Of a stretch of 64,000 nucleotides of DNA, positions 1 to 10,060 are shown piece by piece. The stretch covers positions 992,001 to 1,056,000 of the forward strand of contig CAXXWC010000021.1 in assembly GCA_963668645.2 (NCBI GenBank), read 5' to 3'. The position numbers were made by a program, and so were the translations under genes. A model generated the notes under the pieces. The model did no database searches, was not told where the DNA came from, and was given only the letters and a program-made list of their open reading frames with translations. The stretch is from Desulfobacterales bacterium. Its GTDB lineage: Bacteria > Desulfobacterota > Desulfobacteria > Desulfobacterales > UBA2174. Position 1 is the stretch's first letter. Each line of letters begins with the position of its first letter.

Positions 1-65
1 ATCATAAAATTCGATAAGATACGGCGAGTTTCGAGGCACGTCGTGTGCGTGATTGATGACAACCG

Positions 66-94
66 CTTATAGGCCAAAGAGATATTTCTGTCAA
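66..94 (-). promoter_or_regulatory. sigma70-type promoter firing leftwards out of the window
   Basis: Minus strand reads TTGACA-N17-TATAAG (plus-strand tgtcaa 89-94, cttata 66-71). Confidence 0.65.
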
Positions 95-240
95 TCCTGG
101 TGCCGGAAAAGAGGACAGCGTATCTTATTTGTTCGACTTCAAAAAACTCATCCGGCAGCAGGAATCAGTCCTCATCCTCAGATTCGTTGCCAAGATCAAA
201 GCCGGAGAAAGGAAGAAAAGGAAGGCGCTTCAATTTTTTA

Positions 241-270
241 TTGACATGCATTCCCGGTTACCCATAAATT
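241..270 (+). promoter_or_regulatory. sigma70-type promoter of the lactate permease/TTT operon
   Basis: TTGACA (241-246)-N18-TAAATT (265-270), about 60 nt upstream of ATG 333. Confidence 0.6.
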
Positions 271-283
271 GGTCCAACCATTT
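267..283. promoter_or_regulatory. FadR-family (PdhR/LldR-type) operator
   Basis: AATTGGTCCAACCATTT matches the PdhR/LldR-type palindrome AATTGGT-N3-ACCAATT and overlaps the -10 box. A FadR-family gene lies in the same operon. Confidence 0.7.
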
Positions 284-332
284 TCATTCGGTATGCAGAT
301 TTAGCCGATACAAGATACGGCAGGGGGTTGTT

Positions 333-1877
333 ATGCCTTTCCTGGCTCAATGGATTCTGGCCTTTTCCCCGATCGGGGTGGTTCTGGTCTTGATGATTGG
401 GTTGAACTGGGGTGGCAGCCGGGCGGGCGCCGCCGGCTGGTTTACCGCCATGTTCGTATCGCTGGCGGCCTTCGGCGCCCATCCGCGGCTGTTGGCCTAC
501 TCGCAAGCCAAGGCTGCCCTGCTCTCCTTGAACGTGCTGTACATCATCTGGCCGGCCCTGCTGCTTTACCACGTGGCCCGGGAGGCGGGGGCTATCGAGG
601 CGATCGGCCGCGGCATCCAGCGTTTTTCCGGCGACAAGGCCATCCAGTTGATCATCTTCGGATGGATCTTCAGCTCCTTTCTGCAGGGAGTGGCCGGCTA
701 TGGTGTGCCCATCGCGGTCGTGGCCCCCCTGCTGCTCGGTTTAGGATTTTCCCCGGTGGTAGCGGTGGCCGTGCCGGCCATCGGGCACTGCTGGTCGGTG
801 ACCTTCGGTTCCATGGGGGCCTCCTTTCAGGCCTTGATGGCCGTTTCAGGCTATGACTTTGCCTATCTGGCCCCGGCCTGCGCCCTGCTTCTGGGTCTGG
901 CGACATTCCTGTGCGGAATTGCGTCCATCCATGTCTTCGGCGGGTTCAGACTGGTGCGCCACAGCGCGGCCGCCCTGCTTGTCGTCGGTACGGCGATGGC
1001 CGGGACCCAGTATGGATTGGCCGTCTGCGGCATGTGGACCCTCGGCGGTGTCGGCGCGAGTCTGGCCGGCATACTGGCGGGCCTCTGGGTCGCCCGCTTC
1101 GACTGCTATCAGAGGCCCGCAGAACCGTTTACCGCCCCCTCGGGCCTGCCTTTGGGGTGGGCCATGGCAGCCTACCTGATCCTGATCGGGGTCGTTTTCG
1201 CCGGCGTTTTGGTCACCCCGCTCAAATCCTTTCTGGGGCGGATCAACATCGCACTCAGCTTTCCCGAAATCGTTTCTTTGGCAGGCTGGACGGTCCCGGC
1301 CGGAAAAGGTAAGGCCATCAACGTCTTCGGCCACGGCGGCGCACTGCTCACCTATGCAACCGTGATCAGCTATGGGCTGTACCGGGCCCGGGGCCTCTGC
1401 CGTCCGGGTGCATGGCGCCGGATCTGGTCCCGATCGGTCAAAAATGGGGTGCCTACGAGCCTCGGGATCGTAACCATGGTCAGCTTTGCCATGATCATGG
1501 ACCACTGCGGCATGAACTATTTGCTCGCCAAGGGTATCGGCTCCGTTTTCGGAGCCGTCTATCCCTTCGTATCGCCATGGATCGGACTGCTGGGGGCTTT
1601 CATGACGGGCAGCAATACGAATTCGAATGTGGTCTTCGGCGTCCTGCAGAAAGAGGCCGCCGAACTGACCGGGGTCGCAGCGGCGCTTATCCTGGCGGCC
1701 CAGACCACAGGTGGCGCTCTAGGCAGCATGATCGCACCGGCAAAGATCATCGTCGGTTGTTCCACCGTCGGCCTGGCCGGCAAGGAGGGCCCGGTGCTGC
1801 GGGCCACCCTCGGTTACGGGCTGCTGATCACGGCCCTGATCGGCCTGGTGACCCTGGCCGCGGCCGGCTTGAGTTAG
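333..1877 (+). CDS. L-lactate/glycolate permease family (LctP) transporter
   Basis: Polytopic membrane protein with LctP-like motifs (FLQGVAGYGVPIAV, GAFMTGSNTNSNVVFG, AQTTGGALGSMIAPAKI). Start set at ATG 333 after a G-rich RBS. Confidence 0.85.
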   Translation: MPFLAQWILAFSPIGVVLVLMIGLNWGGSRAGAAGWFTAMFVSLAAFGAHPRLLAYSQAKAALLSLNVLYIIWPALLLYHVAREAGAIEAIGRGIQRFSGDKAIQLIIFGWIFSSFLQGVAGYGVPIAVVAPLLLGLGFSPVVAVAVPAIGHCWSVTFGSMGASFQALMAVSGYDFAYLAPACALLLGLATFLCGIASIHVFGGFRLVRHSAAALLVVGTAMAGTQYGLAVCGMWTLGGVGASLAGILAGLWVARFDCYQRPAEPFTAPSGLPLGWAMAAYLILIGVVFAGVLVTPLKSFLGRINIALSFPEIVSLAGWTVPAGKGKAINVFGHGGALLTYATVISYGLYRARGLCRPGAWRRIWSRSVKNGVPTSLGIVTMVSFAMIMDHCGMNYLLAKGIGSVFGAVYPFVSPWIGLLGAFMTGSNTNSNVVFGVLQKEAAELTGVAAALILAAQTTGGALGSMIAPAKIIVGCSTVGLAGKEGPVLRATLGYGLLITALIGLVTLAAAGLS

Positions 1878-1936
1878 CCCGGCGCGCATCCCGGGCAGGT
1901 TGAAAAGCGATGGTCTTCTGTAGTGGAGGAAACTTC

Positions 1937-2131
1937 TTGGCACACCAAACACTTCGATCGATCCTGGCCCGGGTGCGCACCTGGAAAGGCACCAAAGGCG
2001 CCGTGCTGATGGCCCTGCTGATTCTCCCCTTCGTGCTGTACCAGGCCGCCGCCAGATTCCCCGGACAGGCGACCACCGGGATGTTGGTGATGTTCGCCCT
2101 GTTAATGCTGTTTGTCTTGCTGGAAGGATGA
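1937..2131 (+). CDS. small hypothetical membrane protein (about 64 aa, two hydrophobic segments)
   Basis: GGAGGA RBS (1925-1930) before TTG 1937. Its stop overlaps the next start (ATGA 2128-2131). Confidence 0.6.
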   Translation: MAHQTLRSILARVRTWKGTKGAVLMALLILPFVLYQAAARFPGQATTGMLVMFALLMLFVLLEG

Positions 2132-2928
2132 TCATGGCACCCAATCCGCCCAAATCGTCAGGCGAATCTGCGGCCCAAAGCCTCAGGGCCGTACGTAAGG
2201 CCAAGCTGCACGAACAGATCGTCAGTCAGGTGCGCGAGCTGATCAGTGCCGGTCGTCTCAACTCCGGCGATCGGCTCCCCCCGGAACGCGAACTGGCGGA
2301 AATCTTCAACGTCAGCCGGCATTCGGTCAGGGAGGCGATCCGCGTCATGGAGCACCAGGGGCTGGTGCAAAGCCGGCCCGGCAGCGGAACCTTCGTCGTA
2401 GTCGGAGACGCAACCGGGCTGGTGGACATCCTGGCCATGGCCATCCATCAGGAAAAAGACAAGCTCAGTGAAATCTTCGAGTTGCGCCGCCTACTGGAAC
2501 CTCAGATCGCCGGTCTGGCGGCCGAAAATGCCAGCGCGCAGGATCTGGTGCAACTGGAGCAGGTTTATCAGTCCCACCTCAACCATCTGGATGACCAAAT
2601 CGCAGCCGGCCATGGCGATCACGCGTTTCATCTGGCGCTGGCGGCCGCTTCCGGCAACAGCATCCTGATCAAGGTCGTCGACCTACTCGGCGATCTGCTC
2701 TCACAAAGCCGGGCCGAGTATTCCCAGAGCGTTCGGCGCCGGCAGCTCTCCGCAGAGGGACACGAAGAGATTTTCAGGGCCGTTGCGGCCCACGACGCAC
2801 AAATGGCCATCACCGCCATGACGCGCCACCTGATGATGATCGAGGAAGTCGTGCTGCAAAAGGAAAATCGGACCGATCCACCAACGGACGACGGCGTTCC
2901 GGATTCGCAGTGCCCCGTAGGAAAATAG
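2128..2928 (+). CDS. GntR/FadR family transcriptional regulator (LldR/PdhR/GlcC-like)
   Basis: GDRLPPERELAEIFNVSRHSVREAIR winged HTH and an FCD domain (ELRRLLEP, DHAFH, HEEIF). Confidence 0.92.
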   Translation: MIMAPNPPKSSGESAAQSLRAVRKAKLHEQIVSQVRELISAGRLNSGDRLPPERELAEIFNVSRHSVREAIRVMEHQGLVQSRPGSGTFVVVGDATGLVDILAMAIHQEKDKLSEIFELRRLLEPQIAGLAAENASAQDLVQLEQVYQSHLNHLDDQIAAGHGDHAFHLALAAASGNSILIKVVDLLGDLLSQSRAEYSQSVRRRQLSAEGHEEIFRAVAAHDAQMAITAMTRHLMMIEEVVLQKENRTDPPTDDGVPDSQCPVGK

Positions 2929-2964
2929 ACCGCCAACGTCCACAACATAGAGGGAGGAATGAGA

Positions 2965-3942
2965 ATGGCTAGAAGCAAGGCGTGGCTGAGGTATTTGGCG
3001 ACTGGGATGATGGTTGCGGTGCTGGTGGCCGTTGGGCCGGCCGGCTGGGCAGCGGCGGATTATCCGAACAAAAACATCAAGTGCATTGTTGTCTGGCGCG
3101 CAGGTGGCGGCGCGGATACGGCGACCCGAATTTTCACCAAGTACTTCGAACAATTCATCGGCCAGCAGGTGATCGTGCAGAACATCACCGGCGGAGGGGC
3201 CAGCGTCGGGTATATGGCGGCCAAAACGGCCCGCCCGGACGGCTATACCTTAGTAACCATACAGGGAGATCTGCCCAAATTCAAACCGATGGCGCTGGCA
3301 CCCATCGCGGCGGAAGATTACGACATTCTCGAAGGCTACGCCTACCAGGCCCCGGTGGTGGTGGTGCGCAAGGACGCGCCCTGGAAAACCATCGATGAAT
3401 TCGTTGCCGACTGCAAGGCCCACCCGGGCAAACGCACCATCGGCATCTCGGACATCGGCGGCACTTACCATCAGCCGATGGTGCTGTGGATGGATGCTGC
3501 CGGCTTCGAAGCCAAGGCCATCGCCCACCCCGGATCACCGCAGCAGACCGCGGCTTTGTTGGGCGGGCATGTGGATGCCAATATCACCTGGGTGCGCCCC
3601 AACATCCCCTACATCAAGGAAGGCACGCTCCGGTTTCTGGCCTATATGGGCTCCGAGCGCCTCGAGGACTACCCGGATGTTCCAACCCTCAAGGAAAAAG
3701 GCTGGGACATCGCCTGGGAGCACCCCTACGGCATTGGCGGCCCCAAAGGATTGCCCGCAGATGTCAAGGCCAAAATTTCAGCGGCGACCCAAAAGGTTTG
3801 GAATGTGCCCGAGTTTGCTAGGGATCTTAAATCCCTTGGGCTGGTTCTTTACCGGCTGGACGCCAAGGCCTACACCGCCCACATGCTCAAAATGGAGGCG
3901 GACATGACCAAGGCCATCGCGCTGATCAACGCTACCAAGTAA
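2965..3942 (+). CDS. tctC: tripartite tricarboxylate transporter substrate-binding protein (TctC/Bug)
   Basis: Signal peptide, YPNKNI..VVWRAGGGAD, NITGGG, PDGYTL, PDVPTLKE. The RBS GGAGG favours ATG 2965. Confidence 0.88.
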   Translation: MARSKAWLRYLATGMMVAVLVAVGPAGWAAADYPNKNIKCIVVWRAGGGADTATRIFTKYFEQFIGQQVIVQNITGGGASVGYMAAKTARPDGYTLVTIQGDLPKFKPMALAPIAAEDYDILEGYAYQAPVVVVRKDAPWKTIDEFVADCKAHPGKRTIGISDIGGTYHQPMVLWMDAAGFEAKAIAHPGSPQQTAALLGGHVDANITWVRPNIPYIKEGTLRFLAYMGSERLEDYPDVPTLKEKGWDIAWEHPYGIGGPKGLPADVKAKISAATQKVWNVPEFARDLKSLGLVLYRLDAKAYTAHMLKMEADMTKAIALINATK

Positions 3943-4002
3943 GACGCCCGAGCGACCTGGACGCCGTGCGACGTCCAGGGCGCAACATCGAAGAGGTCTC
4001 CC

Positions 4003-4518
4003 ATGATTGCCGAATGGATCGTCAGCGTCATGACGCTGATCATGAGTATCGCATTTTTTGTGACTACTTTTTCTTTTCCCCGCCTGCCGGCCGACCCGGC
4101 CGGACTAGCTCTGTTTCCACGCATCCTTTGCATCATCGCAGCCGTGTTCGCCTCGATTCTGATCGGCCAACTGGTGGCGCGGACCCGGGCCGGCGAGGGA
4201 TCGACCCTGGACTTTCTCAGGGCCTTGGGACGCGACGCCTGGCGCCGGGGTGCCTGCGGTGAAAAGGACGCTCAAATGCGGCGCATGACCTTGGTGATCG
4301 TTTTTAGCGTCTGCTATCCGTGGTTGATCATCCGGGCCGGTTTCATGGCTGCCACGGCGGCCTATGCCTTCATTTTGATGCGCCTGTTCAAGACCAGGGT
4401 CCTTCCCAGCATCCTGCTGTCGATCTTCGTGGCTGTGGCCCTGTACCTGTTTTTTGCACAACTGCTCCAGGCATACGTGCCCACCGGCACATGGCTTGAG
4501 CTCTTGATGGACTACTAA
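4003..4518 (+). CDS. tctB: tripartite tricarboxylate transporter TctB
   Basis: Small protein with 4-5 TM segments between tctC and tctA; PAGLALFPR and C-terminal LFFAQLL..VP.G pattern. Confidence 0.8.
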   Translation: MIAEWIVSVMTLIMSIAFFVTTFSFPRLPADPAGLALFPRILCIIAAVFASILIGQLVARTRAGEGSTLDFLRALGRDAWRRGACGEKDAQMRRMTLVIVFSVCYPWLIIRAGFMAATAAYAFILMRLFKTRVLPSILLSIFVAVALYLFFAQLLQAYVPTGTWLELLMDY

Positions 4519-4540
4519 TGCCGACACAGGGATAATATCG

Positions 4541-6067
4541 ATGGAAACGTTGATCAGCGCCTTCGGCCTCTTGATGGCTCCCCAGCATCTCGTTTTAATG
4601 GTAACGGCCGTTTTCGGCGGGGTGATGGTGGGAGCCGCCCCCGGGTTGACCTCCACCATGGCCATCGGCCTGTTGATTCCGCTGACTTTCGGGTTTTCCG
4701 AATATACAGCCTTCATCCTCATGCTGGGTATCTACTGCGGGGCCATGTACGGCGGCTCGATCACCGCCATCTTGATGAACGTGCCCGGCACGCCCACCGC
4801 GGCCATCACCGCCATCGAGGGACACCAGATGACCGCCAGGGGCCAGGGTGGATTGGCCTTGGGGGTAGCCACGCTCTCCTCGGCCCTGGGCGGCTTGCTG
4901 AGCTGCGTGGTTCTGATCACCCTCTCTTTGTACCTGGCCAAGGTAGCCACCATGTTCGGTAGCCCGGAGTATTTTTCCCTGGCGTTGTTCGCTGTTGCGG
5001 TGGTTTTTTCCCTTTCGAGCCGTTCGGTGGTCAAAGGGATGATTTCTTCGGTAATCGGGCTCCTGCTCGGAACAGTAGGTATCGATCCGGTGGCGCAATA
5101 TCCGCGTTTTACCTTCGGCGTGCAGGACATCATGATCGGCATTCCGGAAGTACCGGCCGTTATCGGTCTGTTCTGCGTCGCCGAAGCCTTCCGCATGGCC
5201 GAAAGCACCAAGCGGACCAGCCAAATCCAGCAGCACGCCTCAGGCCTGTCAATCGCCTACCGCTACCTCCCACGACTGTGGAAGACGATTCTCAGATCCA
5301 GCGCCATCGGCTGCGTTGTCGGTACCCTGCCCGGCACCGGCGCCATGATGGGCTCGTACATCGCCTATGGGGAGGCCAAGCGGACTTCCAAGCATCCGGA
5401 AGAATTCGGCAAAGGGGCCGTTGAGGGAGTTTGCGCCAGTGAATCGGCCAACAACGCCGTAACCGGGGGGGCGCTGGTGCCGCTGCTGACCCTCGGGATT
5501 CCGGGCGATCCCAATACACTGATGATGCTCGGGGCCATGACCGTTCACGGATTGATCCCCGGCCCCACCCTCTTCCACGAGCAAGCGACCCTGGTATACG
5601 TCATTTTCGGCACCATGATCTTATGCAACCTGCTGATCCTGCCCATCGGCTTGATGCTGGCCCCGCGCATCGCCAAAGTAGCCCTGATCAACAAAAAATA
5701 CCTCATGCCCGCGGTATCCGTTCTGGCCATCACCGGTGCCTCCATCGGTTACGGGCATATTTACTATTTTTGGATCTCGGTAATCTTCGGAGTCGTGGGC
5801 TACATCATGGAAAAGGGCGGCTTCTCGGTTCTGGCCATGGCGATGTGCATCATTCTCGGCCCGCTGATGGAGCGCTATTTCCGCTCTTCGCTGATGCTGC
5901 CCGACGCCGGTCCGATGCTCTTTTTATCGCGTCCCTTGTCCCTGCTTTTTATCCTGTTGTCGATTCTGATCGTTTTTTTCGGACTGCGCCGTGAATTCAA
6001 GATGCGGGCCATGGAAAGACGGCTGGCCGCCGCGCAGTCTCTAAAGGAGGCCGCCGATGTCAGATGA
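4541..6067 (+). CDS. tctA: tripartite tricarboxylate transporter permease TctA
   Basis: GAAPGL, GAMYGGSITAILMNVPGTP, ESANNA, PLLTLGIPG signatures. Confidence 0.92.
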   Translation: METLISAFGLLMAPQHLVLMVTAVFGGVMVGAAPGLTSTMAIGLLIPLTFGFSEYTAFILMLGIYCGAMYGGSITAILMNVPGTPTAAITAIEGHQMTARGQGGLALGVATLSSALGGLLSCVVLITLSLYLAKVATMFGSPEYFSLALFAVAVVFSLSSRSVVKGMISSVIGLLLGTVGIDPVAQYPRFTFGVQDIMIGIPEVPAVIGLFCVAEAFRMAESTKRTSQIQQHASGLSIAYRYLPRLWKTILRSSAIGCVVGTLPGTGAMMGSYIAYGEAKRTSKHPEEFGKGAVEGVCASESANNAVTGGALVPLLTLGIPGDPNTLMMLGAMTVHGLIPGPTLFHEQATLVYVIFGTMILCNLLILPIGLMLAPRIAKVALINKKYLMPAVSVLAITGASIGYGHIYYFWISVIFGVVGYIMEKGGFSVLAMAMCIILGPLMERYFRSSLMLPDAGPMLFLSRPLSLLFILLSILIVFFGLRREFKMRAMERRLAAAQSLKEAADVR

Positions 6068-7841
6068 CAAAGTCTTTTCAACCTACGAGCAAACCCGTCT
6101 GTCCATGCGCCCGGCCATCCAGGGCCGGCACGGCATGATCGTATCCGGTCACTGCCTGGCCAGCCGGGCCGGCATGCGAATTCTCGACCGGGGCGGCAAC
6201 GCCGTCGACGCCGGTGTGGCCGCCGGCATCTGCCTGGGAGTTCTCCAGTCGGACATGGTCAATTTCGCCGGCGTGGCCCCCATCATGGTCTACGAGGCCG
6301 CCAGCGGCGCGCTTGCCACCATCAGCGGGCTGGGCCCCTGGCCCAAGGCTGCCTCGGTCGATTTTTTCATGCAACACCACGGGGGCCGGCTGCCGGAAGG
6401 GATTCTGCGCACCGTCGTACCGGCGGCCCCGGACGCCTGGATCACGGCCTTGATGCGTTACGGTACGATGCGTTTCGCCGACGTGGCACACGACGCCATC
6501 GAGCTTGCCGCCGACGGCTTCCCCATGCACCAGTTTCTTTACAACAGCCTGGTCGAACTGAGAGCCAAATACCTCCAGTGGCCTGAAAACGCCGCCATCT
6601 ATCTGCCGCGCGACGGCATGCCCTGCCGTCCGGGCGAAATCTTTCGCCAGAAGGATCTGGCCACCACGATCCGCAAAATGGCGGCCGCCGAAGACCGCAC
6701 GCGCTTTGCGGGCCGGCAGGCGGCCCTACAGGCGGCACGCGACGAGTTTTACAAAGGATCAATCGCCGAGACCATCGTCGACTACCACCGCCGGCACGGC
6801 GGCTTGCTCAGCGCCCAGGACCTGTCCGATTTCTCGGTGGCCGTGGAAAAACCGCTGCAGATCGACTTCAAGGACTACCAGGTCTACGGCTGCGGTCCCT
6901 GGTGCCAGGGCCCGGCCCTGCTGCAGGTCCTCAATCTGATCGAAGGCTGGGATCTTGGCCAGCTCGGCCATAACAGCCCGGCCTACATCCACCTGCTCAC
7001 CGAAGCGCTCAAACTGGTCTTCGCCGACCGCGACCGGTACTACACCGATCCAGATTTTAGCGCCGTGCCGATCCGGGGTTTGCTGTCCAAGGACTATGCG
7101 GCCGCCCGGCGCGCCGCACTCGATCTGGACCGGGCTTGGCCCGAAATGCCGCCGGCCGGCAACCCATGGGATTTCGAAGCATCGACGTCCGCCGTGCCCA
7201 TCGGGCAAAACCGGGCCTACCGGCATCCCGAACCGAATCCGGCGCCCAACGATCAGCTCGATACGAGCTATGTCTGCGTGGTGGACCGCTACGGCAACTG
7301 CTTTTCGGCCACCCCCAGCGACATGTCGTACACCACCGAAATCATCCCGGGAACCGGACTGGCGGTATCCTCGCGCGGGGCCCAGTCCTGGGTGGATCCG
7401 GATCATCCGTGCGCCATCGCCGGCGGCAAGCGGCCGCGCCTGACCCCCAACCCGGTCATGATCTTCAAGGACGGCCGACCCCACATCGTGCTGGGCACGC
7501 CGGGCGGCGACACCCAGTGCCAGACCATGCTCCAGGCTTTCTTGAACATCGTCGAATTCGGCATGGAACCCCAGCTGGCGGTGGAGATGCCGCGCTTTTC
7601 GACCTTCAGTTTTCCCAACTCCTTCTACCCCCACGATTACCACCCCGGATTGCTGCGCATGGAAAAACGCATCGACGCCGGGGTGGTTCAGGCTCTCGAA
7701 GCCAGAGGACACCGGGTAGAGTTATGGCCCGAATGGGCCTGGAAGGCCGGCGGCGTCTGCGCCATCGTCATCGACCGGCAAAACGGGGTGCTCACCGGCG
7801 CGGCCGACCCGCGACGCGAATCTTACGCCATCGGTTGGTAG
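6057..7841 (+). CDS. gamma-glutamyltransferase-family Ntn amidohydrolase (non-canonical subfamily)
   Basis: GGNAVDAGVAAG, nucleophile DT*SYVCVVD (Thr codon 7263-7265), GTPGGDTQ, GAADPRR. Confidence 0.88.
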   Translation: MSDDKVFSTYEQTRLSMRPAIQGRHGMIVSGHCLASRAGMRILDRGGNAVDAGVAAGICLGVLQSDMVNFAGVAPIMVYEAASGALATISGLGPWPKAASVDFFMQHHGGRLPEGILRTVVPAAPDAWITALMRYGTMRFADVAHDAIELAADGFPMHQFLYNSLVELRAKYLQWPENAAIYLPRDGMPCRPGEIFRQKDLATTIRKMAAAEDRTRFAGRQAALQAARDEFYKGSIAETIVDYHRRHGGLLSAQDLSDFSVAVEKPLQIDFKDYQVYGCGPWCQGPALLQVLNLIEGWDLGQLGHNSPAYIHLLTEALKLVFADRDRYYTDPDFSAVPIRGLLSKDYAAARRAALDLDRAWPEMPPAGNPWDFEASTSAVPIGQNRAYRHPEPNPAPNDQLDTSYVCVVDRYGNCFSATPSDMSYTTEIIPGTGLAVSSRGAQSWVDPDHPCAIAGGKRPRLTPNPVMIFKDGRPHIVLGTPGGDTQCQTMLQAFLNIVEFGMEPQLAVEMPRFSTFSFPNSFYPHDYHPGLLRMEKRIDAGVVQALEARGHRVELWPEWAWKAGGVCAIVIDRQNGVLTGAADPRRESYAIGW

Positions 7842-7863
7842 GCCCTTCTTGGTGCTGTTGTGA

Positions 7864-8799
7864 TCAGTCAGGAAGGTGACGGTCCAGCCAGGCGATGGCA
7901 TCACCGAAGACCTCGGCCCGGTTGGTTTCGTTGAGCATTTCGTGGCGGCCGTCCTCGTAAAAGCGCACCGTCACGTCCTGGATCCCGGCCTGCCGGTAGG
8001 CCTCGACAACCCGCCGCACCCCCCGGGTGTTGTCGCCCACCGGGTCCATGGACCCGGAAAAAAGGTAGATCGGCAGATGCTTGGGAATTCGGGCGATGTT
8101 TTGCGGCCGGTGGATCCAGGCCAGCCCGGTGAGCAGGTCGGCGAAGAAGCCGGCGCTGAACACCGCGCCGCAGTACGGATCGTCGATGTACTTGTCCACC
8201 TCGGCCCCATCCCGCGAAAGCCAGTCGAACTCGGTGCGGGCCGGGGCGAACGGCTTGTTGAAGCCGCCGAAGGACATCCGGTTGAGCAGCAGGCTAGGGG
8301 TCCGGCGGCCTTTCAAAGAGCCGATGATCCGAGCCAGAACCAGCCCGACCTTGCCCGGCAGGCCCGGATCGGCGCCCGTTCCCGAAAGCAGCGCCCCGGC
8401 GATCCCCTCCGCATCCTGGATGACAGCGGTGCGCACCAGAAAAGAGCCCATGCTGTGGCCCAGTAGGAAAAGAAGCGCATCCGGGTGCCGGGCCCTGATC
8501 AGGTCCGAGAGCTGGCGCAGATCGGCCGTCACCTTGAACCACCCATCCTGATCGGCGAAGTATCCCATCCGAGACGGGTCGCCCGCCGTTCGGCCGTGCC
8601 CCCGGTGGTCGTTGGCATAGACCGCGTAGCCGGCGGCACACAGGGCCCGGGCAAAACGGGCGTAACGGCCGGCGTGTTCGGCCATGCCGTGGACGATCTG
8701 GACCACGGCCTTGACCGGCGTGTCCGGCTCCGGAAGCCAGCGGTAGGTGAAGATCTGAACCCCGTCGGATGTGCCTAAAGTGAAGGTATCGGATTGCAT
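7864..8799 (-). CDS. alpha/beta hydrolase (lysophospholipase/monoacylglycerol lipase-like)
   Basis: VHGMAEHAGRY, DHRGHG, GHSMG nucleophile elbow, DPVG, RHEMLNE. Start ATG 8799. Confidence 0.88.
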   Translation of the reverse strand: MQSDTFTLGTSDGVQIFTYRWLPEPDTPVKAVVQIVHGMAEHAGRYARFARALCAAGYAVYANDHRGHGRTAGDPSRMGYFADQDGWFKVTADLRQLSDLIRARHPDALLFLLGHSMGSFLVRTAVIQDAEGIAGALLSGTGADPGLPGKVGLVLARIIGSLKGRRTPSLLLNRMSFGGFNKPFAPARTEFDWLSRDGAEVDKYIDDPYCGAVFSAGFFADLLTGLAWIHRPQNIARIPKHLPIYLFSGSMDPVGDNTRGVRRVVEAYRQAGIQDVTVRFYEDGRHEMLNETNRAEVFGDAIAWLDRHLPD

Positions 8800-8902
8800 G
8801 GGCCTGCTCCGGGTAGCGGGTTGGAGCGACGGTTGCCGCCGATCTGCCGGACCGGTCCGACCGGTCTTGGAAATGACCGATTGCCAGGCGGAACGACCGG
8901 CC

Positions 8903-10032
<1,130 letters not shown>

Positions 10033-10060
<28 letters not shown>

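Noticed and set aside
129..332. N-terminal extension of the lctP ORF from 129
   Set aside because: It runs through the promoter and operator and is not hydrophobic; ATG 333 has an RBS.
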